Source: Lingula anatina (lineage: Eukaryota; Animalia; Brachiopoda). Taken from it: DNA of 64,000 nt. Location of the stretch: positions 10,846,587-10,910,586 of the forward strand of contig CM120648.1 in NCBI GenBank assembly GCA_051362555.1, in the 5' to 3' direction. The notes beneath the pieces are model-generated. The model was not told the DNA's origin. It made no database searches and saw only the letters and a list, made by a program, of their open reading frames with translations. Shown piece after piece: positions 25,667 to 37,158 of the stretch (positions within the stretch are counted from its first letter, which is position 1; every line of letters starts with the position of its first letter). The position numbers and the translations under genes were made by a program.

Positions 25667-28600
25667 AAGATAACTATAACTATATATAACAAAGTCACAG
25701 TATAGCTGACCTTGGAAGGAATTCAGTTTATTCGAATGTATTTCTGTATAACAAGTTAAGAAAATGCACTAGTTCACTAAATACACAAAACAACTGTCAC
25801 TTTTACTTTAAAACCCTTTTGTTATTATTTTGATAAATTTAGTTATAGTATTGATAAACAAAGTATCACGTTTTCAATAATTAATATTTTAAATTACAAT
25901 CCATAACTGCAAGGTTTTGTCAATGACCAAAATACAACGTTGAGCCAACGTCACATTATGACGGTGTTTTGACGTGGCTGGATCAACGTTGATTTTACGT
26001 GGAATTTAGGTAGATCAACGGCAATTCAACGTATCAACCTGTTTTCAACGTTGATCCTGGCCTGCTGGGTTGTTCCTGAAGATGACTCTTACGAATCGAA
26101 GCATTGTTTGCTGTAGAATGTCTCTGTGGGAACCCTGGTTGAGGTTGCCTCCTAGAAAAAACAACTGGTTCTGGGCACGGGCATGAAATGCTCCCCAAGC
26201 AGAGACGTTACCACCCCCTGCTTGCACCCTAGGCCGTACACAATCATCGTTTTATGCCTCTCGTACACGTCGGAGGACACGAATTCGACCGGGTGCCCCT
26301 GTTGTGGCATTTCTTTGGAGGACTTTACTAACGGTTCCTGATAAATGCTGAATTGCCTGGCAATGGCTGTCCGTTTCTGGCCATTTTCTCTGAGAGCAAG
26401 AATTCCATAGTAAGCTGCGTTGCTTAGCTGTCGAACCATATCTTCTATAAGTTACCTATCAAGTTTCAGAGCGATCCCTTCGTTGCTTCTCTAAATACAG
26501 TCCAAAGATTGGCCAAACACATGTGTTTTTATACAAGGGCAGAAATTGCCGAAAAGACCACACCTCACATTACTGACCACAGAACATGCAACTGCATGCA
26601 TGAATTGTTTCGAGAGTTGTGTGGTAATGAGGTGACACACCTGTCCAAACATGATGTGACTCTCCAGTTTTGGATTTAAAGTAGTTAGGGAGAAAATAAA
26701 TATTTTGTAGGAAATTTACTCGCCAAAAGATAATATTCCATATTAAGTAGTAACCCTGTATAATCAATTGCAAAGACAAACATATTTTGTTTCAGGAATT
26801 CCCGTGAATCAGTTTCTGGAATGTGAGGCACTAACTACAAAAGCTGATAAAGTGAAACTGACAGAGAATGAAGCACCTGACAACACTGCTCCTACGCGGC
26901 CGCAAACTGTATCTGAACCTGAACAGGAGGAAAACTGGGACAAGCTACCGATGTTGTGGTTTAGATCCACGAAATTGCAATTTGGAGAGGGCGTTCCAGT
27001 GGTTCCTCTCGTCCAGTTTTCCTTTGATTCTATATTTCCGGAGGTAAAGAACGATCTTGTTGTAAAATACGTGAAGCAGAGTGTGCATACAGACGGGCGT
27101 CTTACAGTCGAACGACAATTTGGAACATATGAGAATTTTGTTATCGAAACTAGAGGTGCGGTTGGGATTGTCACGTTGAAAAAACTACCAGTGGCGCAGG
27201 TAAATAGTTTTGTTCTTTTTAAAAGATAATTAGGATTTTTGCTTTGTATAACACTAAAACATATTAGCGCAATATTAGAGTAATATGATTCATGTTTCTG
27301 CGCTTTTTTTCAGGAATCTGAAGCTATAATCCAAATTTATGAATGTTTTCGCAGTAAAGGCGGTTCGTTTGTGCTTGTGCTCAACTACGATACTTATTTG
27401 TCAACCCAGTCTGAAAAACCTAGTGTGCTCAAATGTCTTCTTGAACACTACAAGGGGAAGACAATGAAGGGCTACATGAGAGTCGCGCAAGGGCTTAGTT
27501 TATCAATGGTATTCCCGCCACCTGGAAACAGTGATTTCTTTTACAAGTACATCAGAAAGCTAGGACTGCAAACTTGTAAGCGGATTGCGGAAAGAACAAG
27601 CCCATCATCTGTAAAGGATGTTAAAAACATGATAAAACAGCTAGAAGAAAAAGATCCAAACACATCACCTTTGACTGATACTGCAAAAAGTCACCTGTTT
27701 GAGTGAGTGTGTACATGTATATTTTCGTCTTTTAACAGTCAAAAAAAAAAAAAAAAAAAAAAACACTGTGTGGCAGTTAAAGAATACGATCATTTATTGT
27801 AATAGTTTATTCAATCAGTTGTAATGCATATTTTACTGTGATTTTCTATCCCATAAGTATGTATTATTGTAAATACAATAAATGCAAGTATGTTGCATAA
27901 CTATAAGACTATTTTGCACCTTTTTTCAGACTTCCCTTTGTAAAAGGGTTTTGTGTCATGGCCGAGACACCTCATATCTACATCCGTGAGGAACAATTCG
28001 GTAACCGTGATTCCCATAAACAGGTGCACGATATTGTATCGCCCTATTTTGGTGACCGTTATTTTATTTTGAAATATTCTGAGAAATTTCGTTTTGTACC
28101 CCTTGTATCACTTAAGCCAGGAGAGGCTATATTCCGCAATCCTTCCAATCCGGAAATATACGGAACTCTCGGTGCTTTACTTGAAGTGCGCCAAGGATCT
28201 GCGCATGAAGAGCATGATTGGTATGGCTTAACATGTGAGCATGTTGTGGGAGATAGTGCTTCAATGATGATCAAAACGGGGGACATTTTCTTTTCTGATT
28301 TTGGTGAAGTAGTATACAAGAGAAATAGATATGAAACAGAGAAAGATGTTGCCCTCATAAAGATAAACCGTTCGCTTTACCCCACAAACACCCTTGGACA
28401 CATTGATGTTTGTAGAAATCTTGAAGGAATTCAAATGCAGAAGGTCCGAAAGATGGGAGCTCAAACCGGGGAAACGCACGGCATTGTGGTAGGAACGGAG
28501 TGTGAATTTCCTGAATATGGTAAAGAGTTCATATTGCTTTGTTCAGAAAAACGTTCAGCGCATTTTGCAGAGGGAGGTGATAGTGGTTCTGTTGTTGTAT

Positions 28601-28944
28601 TAGAAGATAATAGCAAATTAGAAGCTTTGTCCATACTTGTAGGAAAAGTTGAAAACGGGAGTATGCTCTCCCCTTTCATTTCAGAGGACACACAGGTAAT
28701 CTATTCCGACACCTTAACAGCATCTTTGGATCAAATAAAAAACAGAGTGGCTTCCTTTTTGAGCGACATGGATCTAGGTGGCATTTACCTACCATTCATG
28801 GCTGATAGATACTTGCACCACAGATCCCTTAAACTGCTGAAGCATGCATCAGAAATCAGATTGCATGTTCAACCGAGCGAATTGAAAAAGCATGCATCAG
28901 AAATCGGATTACATGTTCAGCCGAGCGAAGTGAAGACGGGGTGA
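21879..28944 (+). CDS. CARD-domain + uncharacterised middle domain + NAL1/Ssy5-like (clan PA) serine protease, intact copy; coding exons 21879-22179, 26796-27199, 27314-27702, 27930-28944 (702 aa)
   Basis: All introns are GT-AG with matching phases 1,0,2, giving 2109 nt with no internal stop. Exon 1 (IERSREILQTSALGVDILLEPLVSNDVVTPEEAANVK..EKINSLLDLLVLKE..FIQTIK..PWIIDSL) has the six-helix CARD hydrophobic pattern. The last exon has GTLG..GLTCEHVV (His), KDVALIKI (Asp), VRKMGAQTGETHG and FAEGGDSGSVV (Ser). The paralogue at 5421 has the same exon structure. Confidence 0.85.
22572..24214. mobile_element. Tc1-derived fold-back element with ~570-bp inverted arms, in intron 1 of the CARD-protease gene
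   Basis: TA-flanked termini CAACATTGGTCAAAAAGGTTGTCCCACCCCC / GGGGGTGGGACAACCTTTTTGACCAATGTTG. Arms stay complementary to ~23135 and ~23673, and each carries a Tc1 transposase C-terminus (SPDIN..HL..EL..EEWDNIP..RGRRRRY*). Confidence 0.85.
24392..26760 (-). mobile_element. Decayed Tc1-family transposon in intron 1, interrupted by a MITE
   Basis: Minus-strand fragments MVRQLS..AIARQF, GGGNVSAWGAF, FRNNFVYQDN (rejoined across the insertion) and PANSPDMNQIENLW. Degenerate TIRs AGGGT..ACTTAA(A)TATGGAAT near 24397 and 26735-26760. Confidence 0.75.
25045..26069. mobile_element. EnSpm/CACTA-like (CCC-terminal) MITE nested in the Tc1 element; contains (AT)n at 25602-25664
   Basis: Termini CCCAGCGGGC / GCCTGCTGGG, 2-bp TT duplication and many subterminal CAACGTTG repeats. 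Removing it restores the Tc1 reading frame. Confidence 0.75.
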
Positions 28945-30764
28945 TGATGATGATGATGATGATAGTATAATGCGTAGATGTGAGGACGAATGCGAATCAC
29001 AAACGATATTTTCACTTTTTTCACGCTTTCTGGTCCCTTTTTTCATAGCATTCCTGACTTAATATTTAAGCACTGCAAGTAATATTTCAAACCCAATACA
29101 ACCTTGTATTCATACTGTGCAGTCCAACGGACACCGTTGGTCTTCTTTGCATTGGGTAAAACTGGTCGCTTCTACACTGACTGCAGTGCTGTCGCCAAGT
29201 TATCAAAATGAAATAGAAATGTTGACAGGAATAATGCTCCCTTGAATAGTCGCACTATAACACCATCTTAACGGCTAAGTTTTTCGTTATAAATATGGGC
29301 CTTATACCGTTTGGTCCATAGATTTGCATAGGCGTAGAAGTTGGAGGTTGTGCCACCCCACCACGTCATCTTTTTTAATCGCCTTTTTATCTCCATAAGC
29401 GCCTACATTATCATCTTAATCTTACATTCCACAATGTCAAAAGCAAATAGAAGTTGGTCAAACATGCATTGTTTGTTCCACCGATTAAATCCACGGGTTT
29501 AGAGTTTTTATCTCATTTTTGTGATAATTAATAATATATGTAAACCTCTCTTTTACACTCAAACCAAACCACTTAATTGTGCTAACCGTTAGAGACATTA
29601 GAGCGTTTTACGTTGATAACGTTTATTTAAGCGTTTGGTAAATTTTAAAATAGAAAAACTTTTATGCTGACCATAGATTCGTGATTCTGCCATTCTTTAT
29701 AGATATTATTTGAAGTACTTTGTAGGGATATCACTGTGGCAGTAAATCGGGATTTACTCCTCTTTTTTATCTTATAGAACATATTTCGTTTCAAATATGT
29801 ACACTTGATATTGGCATATTACATACGATGGCTTTAAATAGGACATTCGCCAGATAATTTTGCCTTCTCTCTTTATGGGTCTGAAGAATGGATTGCAGAT
29901 TAGGGAATAAAATTAAAATATTTTTGTAAATGTTTCAGAAAATAATGTAAAGAATATAGCAGGACTAAGAGAATTGGGTAGGGCAACCTAAGAAAAAAAC
30001 ACGCTTTCCAATCAAATTCTGGATAAGAAGTGTAGAAAATACGGAATAAGATAGATATGCTAATCTCGTGCCCTTATGTATGACTGCAACTGAAAGGGTC
30101 ACATGAGAAGCACATGGTATGCGCAACAACTTAATGGTCATGTTTTAAGAGATGTTTGTTGCCTTTAAGGAACAGGAAACATAGCTGCAATGAGATGGAA
30201 TTACATATTCAGGGTACTGGACTTGGCATTTATGAATAATTTTAAGAATATGGATTCGTTATAGTAAGTGTAAAAGTTTTGAACAACTGTGTTAATATCA
30301 AAAAGGGTCATAAGCCTTTTGCTTTAAGTAAAAGGTGTAGTTATGTACATGTAAAGAAATGCCGTGGGTGGTTTGAAATAATATCCTCATTTTTATGGAA
30401 TACGAAGTCTTGAAACCGTTTAATAACCAATTGATAAAGGATAAAGAAAAATGAAAGATATCTAAATTGGCCTTGTCAGAGATGCGATTTTAATACCACT
30501 TCTAGTCCTGTAGGGTAAATATTACACATCTGGAATCTTATTGTTTTAGAAAACAACAAGACAAAATTAAATTCATTAACAGTGGGATGCCATATGTAGT
30601 ACGGAATAAAATAATGTCTTGTAATCAGTCTGTGAGCAGAACTGAAGATATCGCATATTAATATTATAATCATAAAGGAAATATTTCTTATCCCTGAAAA
30701 GGCAAAAATATTAAATCTCACACTAGACACTCGTGTAGATCCGATAGACGTTATGCAGAACCCG

Positions 30765-30960
30765 AAGTTTAGTACTTTATCACAAGGTCATCTTCAGGTG
30801 ACACTGCTGGTGGTATTGCACTCGTCACGTGACAGTCGGCACGGAATCCCGCCAGGGCCCGGTCCCACACATGGTGTAGCTGGAAACGCAGCTCCCCGCT
30901 ACGGTTCAATGATGGTTTCTCGATTCTTTCATGAATGGCCTCCTTGACTTCTTGAGATAA
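30765..30960 (-). mobile_element. Truncated 3' end of a second Penelope-like element
   Basis: KEAIHERIEKPSLNRSG..L..VWD is the GIY-YIG C-terminal signature, followed by a degenerate CUGAAGA hammerhead-like core at ~30790. Confidence 0.65.
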
Positions 30961-31414
30961 AAGTCGAAACTTAGGAGTCTGCATGACATCTAGCATATTT
31001 TTATACGATCCTGTGTCAATCTACGACCCCCCCTCCCCCCCCCCCCCCCCCCCCCCCCCGCCAATTACGCTCTTCCGACCATTTACTTTCAACACTGTGT
31101 TTGCCTCGACTTCTCTCAGGCATATGAAGACTTAAAGTCTTTGCACCTAATGAATGGAAATTATTGCTACATGTACATTTACTGCGTAGAATATACTCTC
31201 CAGCTACTATTAAAGGAGAACTCAAGACTTATCTATTAAAAATAATTATAATTGTGATTTTATAATGACTTTTTTAAGTGATTGATCAAGTGACATTTTA
31301 ATTTCTAAATTATTTGTTTTAATTATTTTCCTGATTTGATTTTTTTACTTGCCTTTATTTTATTTCTTTCACGTTTTGTTGTCTACTGAACAAATTTGGA
31401 TTTTATACTTGAAT

Positions 31415-31454
<40 letters not shown>

Positions 31455-32230
31455 CTACGTGAGTGTCCAGTGTGTGATTAATACTTTTGGTTTTGGAGGT
31501 CAAAAGTGGATGAATCATAATTTACATTAAAAAAACATGGATGAAAAAAAGAAAAGAAATTATGTTAGTACTTCATTTAACTTGTATAAATATTAGATTT
31601 TATAGGCCTTCTTTGCGTTGTTAACGTCATAATACAGAAGTCTATTGCTATAGAGAAGAAACTGTAATTGCAGAGTATCAAGTGTTAATAGAATATAGTA
31701 AACCAAGGAGTTTTAACTAAGAAAAAAGTTTATATCATATAACAAAAGTACAAATAAGGCAATTTACAGAACATTTCTTGTGGTACCAATTGATGAATGA
31801 TATGAAATGTAGCTTACTTCTGTTACTATGCAAACATAAAACAGATATTGTTTATTAAATGCTAAAAGACAAATTTAGCATGTTTTAAATATGTAAACAC
31901 CATAGGCCTATGGCCTTTCGGTAGTACTGTAATAAAGGTTTTACCCTTTCAAAATAAACCCTTTTATATGCATCATTTTGCTCTGCAAGTAGAATAATCT
32001 TATCACAATGTATGGACATGCGGTAAATTGGGACGGTATAAAAAGAACAAAATGTTAGCCGTTAAATGTCCAAATCTGATGTCACATCCATATATTTGCG
32101 CATTTGCCCAATAGCCCATTATGATGTTGTGCGTAAAATCCCATCCTGTTTTCTCTAGCACAATATCATTATTCTTTTAGGACGGTGGGGTATTTATTCG
32201 ACTTATGAAACCTGAATACTTATCCCTATA

Positions 32231-32506
32231 CATTGGCGGATTTAGAGGGGGTTCGGGAGGTCCTGATCACCCCCCCCCCCCTTCGATTTCTGATCTACTC
32301 TTGTAATTAGAATGTTGACTATCTGAATCATAGTTCTGAACCGTACCAAATGGCACCGTTCGCTCTCTAAAATACCAAAATTTTTCAGTGCCCTTCAGCG
32401 GACCCGAACCGCACGCCAGGTGTGTGTGCGTGTGTGTTGGGGGGGGGGGGGGGATGTCGGCATTGCATCCTCGCCCCCCCTTCAAATAATCCTGGATCCG
32501 CCCCTG
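32231..32506. mobile_element. Short non-autonomous DNA element
   Basis: Imperfect TIRs CATTGGCGGATTTAG / CTGGATCCGCCCCTG with internal poly-C/G tracts. Confidence 0.45.
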
Positions 32507-33359
32507 CAATAACTAGATGTCAAGCATGATAGCTTAGAGATCGTAGATGCTTTAACAATCCTTATTTTATCAGACCCAAATCACTTCCTCGAGAAGGGGA
32601 TCAGTTGTTGTTCCTTATCACATAAGAAGACTCAATTTTGAATCGAGGCTACCGTAAGGAAAGAGGGTGTCCTAATTCTGGTGAGCATATTTGTGAGAAG
32701 TTTTCAGCAAGGACCAAGGTCACCAAAAAAAGGAGAAGCAGCAGCGAGGTGTAGGAAGTAAACTTCGTGCCACATTGCTACAATTTCCACGCGTATGCCC
32801 AAATTTTGGAGCCTGACAAGGGCAGAAATCTGTTGTAAGTAATGTGTTGTTGGTGTAAGGCAACATTGCTTTTTGCTACGTTGGTGATACTTGCTTAATT
32901 GCAAAATACTACATTTCACAATTTAAGCATAATGACCATGGGCCATTTTTCTGACTTGAACAATTCGTGATGTCTTAGACCCAAGATAAACTTGAAGGTT
33001 TGATAGTTTATTCTACAGGTATCTTATGTTATGAGTTTTTTTTTCAGGGAAAAGTAGGCCTAGTAGCTAAAGAAGTAATTACGGTGTTTATTCCAGCCTT
33101 CATGGCCTGATCTCGTCTTCCGTCCTGTTCCCCAAGACGACTAGCAGGTAACTACATACAGATAGATAGATTATTATTTTTTTACCAGTTACGAGCAGAA
33201 AACAATAGTTAAGTAGAAACCTCAACAAAGAAGCACATTACACGTACAATTAATCACTTGGCCTTTCCGTCTCCGACAACATCAAACATTTATGAACATA
33301 ATTGGCCACAGGTGTCACCCGTTTGCTGTAAAAAGCCGTAATGTCTGCATTCCCTTATA

Positions 33360-33683
33360 GGCCTGCTGCAAACTCTCGGGCAAATTCGCTGCAAGTTTGC
33401 TGCTCATTTGCTGCGAATTTGCAACAAATTTGTTGCAAATTTGCAAGAACTTGAATACTTTCTTGCAAACTTACTGCTAACTTAATATGTTCTTGCAAAT
33501 TTGCTGCTAATTTGCTGCAAACTTGCCACAACATAAAGACTTTTCTTGCAATCTTGATGCAAACTTATGTTACTATTGTAAAATGGTTGCAAATTAGAAG
33601 CAATACCATTTTTGCTTGCAAACAAGTTTGCTGCAATTTTACTGCAATACAGCTAGCTGCAAACTTTTCATTTTGCTGAGGGT
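33360..33683. repeat. Low-complexity TTGC(T/A)GCAAA-rich repeat, probably MITE-derived
   Basis: Dense array of TTTGCTGCAA/TTGCAAA motifs in both orientations. Confidence 0.55.
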
Positions 33684-34257
33684 TGTCAAAACTGTTGTAG
33701 TCATGTCTTAACTGTTTTCTTTTTGGGCAACAACAGATCACATGCTCTTATATCTGAATGCAATTTTCATTAATTCCAAATGTACAAAGTCTTGTATTTC
33801 TTGGACCTCGTGACCATCTCCCTGTTTCAATAGCAAAACTATGGGCACTCAGCCGTAACTTACAACATCTCATCTTGTCCACTGAGATTGTATTATGAGT
33901 ACATATCACTTACAGCCATACACAGCTCTTTGCTAGCACCATTTAATGGACGACTTCAGCGATTTGTTTTCCAAAGTATTTAAATACCCTGTTTATTTTG
34001 ATAAACCGACAGCAAACAAATGTTTCTCTACAGACCTAGCCCCTACCAGATAAGGAAAATGTTTTCTTGGCATTGTGTGACTTTAATTTTTATCGTCAAT
34101 TAACAGAAATTAAGGCGACATTATAAACTTAATATCAAAATTTCAAAAGTGTTTGCTAAAATGGTTATACAAAAGGAGTTACATGCAACAAGTACAGTAA
34201 TCAAATCTTCGTTAAAAACTAAGGGGCTGATCAAAATGTCACAAAAAACTCCCTTCT

Positions 34258-34470
34258 CCTTTTTAAATTTCAAAGATAATCATTTAACAAATATTTTTAA
34301 ACTTATTTTAGTGGCAATCCCCTTGGAGATAAGATTGACCCAAAGTTTGTCCGATAGGCTCTGTGAATGGTCTATATTGTAAGAACTGTGGATCGATCTA
34401 TCTCCAAGGGGATTCTCACTTAAAAAGTTTGTAAAAAATTTGTTGAATGATTTTCTTTAAAAATTAAAAA
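34258..34470. mobile_element. Hairpin-type MITE (imperfect ~210-bp palindrome)
   Basis: AATCCCCTTGGAGATA..GATTGA pairs with TCGATCTATCTCCAAGGGGATT, and the flanking AT-rich arms are also complementary. Confidence 0.6.
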
Positions 34471-37158
34471 TGCACCTAAAGATGTCAGTCACGCCTACTG
34501 AAACTGCCAGGGGGTAATCAATTGTCGTTTAGCAGCTTTAGTAGGCGTGCCAGACATCATTTAAATCTCAATGGAAAACAAGAAGAATATGTGACGACGA
34601 AAAGTAGATATAAGCACTCAGCATGACCCCAATACTTGTAAATGGCCCATCCTCCTTAAGATATGACAGAAGGAGAAGAAATGATAAAACCTAATCCATG
34701 ACCAAAATAGTTGCACCACCTCAAACAAAACAGGTGCAAAAAAACTATACCTATATCGCAAATTTTGTCACAAAACATATCTGAACACCAGTTCAATGTC
34801 AAAACCACAGCATTAAACTCAGAGAAAGAGAGAGAGAGAGAAAAAGAGAACAAACAAACTTTTGATGTAAAGTTTATTAACAATGATGACTTGATGCTGA
34901 ACAACAGCAAGACCCCAGATTAATTTTTTAATTGACCAGCAGAAAACTGCAAATCTAATTTCAAATCTGGTTGTTTGTCAGAGTGACCAAGCACCAACTT
35001 CTAGTAATCTTTTTTGAATCTATCAAACATGACAACATCATTCACTCTCTTATTTTTCATTGCCCTAAAAATAATGAAAGTCAAAATCAATAATTTGGAT
35101 TGTCAGATGTAGTCCTAAAATCTTTCAACTTAAAACTTGAACTCTTATATATTAACATTGGACTTTTAACATTACATCCATCATCTTGAACAACAGTGGA
35201 AAGTTAGATATTCCACTTTTTTCATATTCCAAAATATAATTGCATCACACCTGATGAACATTTTCAATAAAGGTTCGTTCATTTTTTTCTCTTTTAAACC
35301 AAATTTCTGAGCCTCTCTCCCTTTTCCTTATATTACTACAAATGGCAGTGATATGGCTATTATCAAAATCATCTATACGGCAAGGTTGTGACCTTGCTCC
35401 AAGGTGACGGTCAAAAGTTTGACCTTTGCTTCCCTAAACATGGGCAATATAAAACTATACAAATCTGCAGCTACTTCAGTAATAATGACTTAACTACTAG
35501 CAAATATATTCCCAGTCTCTAACATTAGTGTATTTGATAAATATTTACACTAAATCTGCAATATCTTTATTATCAAATAACTAAATGTGAAAGATAAAGC
35601 ACTGTAAAAGAAAACTAGTTCTTACTTAGGCACCTTTGTGTAAATAATACAGTGTACAACAAGTATGCATATTTGATTTTATAATGGTTAATATACATGT
35701 ATACCGCTATGTAAATACAACAATTTTAACATTCACATGATACCGAGTAGAACGATCTAAAGTATGCATTTTTTTAATTACTGCATATCATAAGGTACAA
35801 AATATCGGGATTGTATCACAAAGTTAAAACTTCATATGTACTGTTAATGTGATTTGTAAGTTCATAATAATCCTAACTTAAAATACATTGAGTGTAATAT
35901 TACATTGCTATAGGTGGGACAAAGTACATTTTTACTGTGACATACACAGTTAACAGTGACAGTGTATGCTACATTGTATCATTCACTGCTTCAGCAAAAG
36001 CTGTTTTGAGTTTTATACATTGTCACATTGTATATCACAATATTAATGGATCAAACCAATTAGCAAAGTATGATACAATGTACCACATACAGATACACAA
36101 AGTATAAATCTCCCCAGTATGTGATAGTCAATGATTATGTTAGCTTTTAGACATGTCAAGAACACATGCTTGAACAGGAAAAACAGCCACATGCAATGAC
36201 AGTCCAAATGGACCAAGCTGTTTATTTTAGATCATACATGATACCCAATGGTGTATAAGAAAAAAATTGAAAGTTGAAAAATCCATTATGTTTGTGAACC
36301 AAGATAATGACAGCTGATAATAATACTGCATTAAAGGTCACATCATACATCTCTGGTTCTTATGTTGGGAGTGGTTTAAGTGTGCATGTGTATGTGGGTT
36401 AATTGCAGTGAAAATGCTGACAGTGCCATCAATAAGAACATTTGTATCAAAAATCTCTCTGCAAAATGGCTGCCTTTCCCATCCAAGTCATAACCAGTGA
36501 TGATATAAGATTTGCCTGGGAAATTCTGAACCCTTAATGAGCTTGCAGGCACTGTTCTTCAATTCTGAGCACCAGTTGGATTTAACTCCATGCCAGGTCA
36601 CAATGGTTTACAAAGTTCTAAAATTCAAAGGAGGGAGCTACTCTTTGGAAAATAAATTTAATCCCTGGGCAACCTTATACATATGGTTTTAACCTACCCA
36701 CTGACCAAAGTGCTATTCAGAAGTATTTTTTTCCATTTGATTTAACTTATACTGGCAAAAAACATACAGAGGATATGTGACCATAGGCCAAGTGTCAAGA
36801 GTTATCACTTTTTTTTTTACTTGATTTAAGAAAAGCACACCTTTCCCTGCTGTCATTTACTGGTTGCTTATCTGACTTTTCTTTATTTGAAATATAACAT
36901 CAAGCACATTAAGTCAAGAAAAAGTATGACCATTCCAATTTAAAGCTGTGGTCCAATTAAGTATAAGATGCAGTTCCATTTCTGTATGCAAGTTTTCCAA
37001 TCACTTTCTTCCTTAATAGTTTAAGTACAAAGATACAGCCCATGCCAGTACAAATGCTTTTCAGTTATTACTTCCATAAAAATGAAAAAAGTATAAGAAT
37101 AAAAATAATCCCTGTTGCTTATATAGGTAATGTGTATATATATATATATAAAGATTAT

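Noticed and set aside
29000-37100. Search for a partner gene (gasdermin, NLR, caspase) next to the CARD-protease
   Set aside because: No recognisable coding exons; the region is repeats plus the probable long perlecan 3' UTR.
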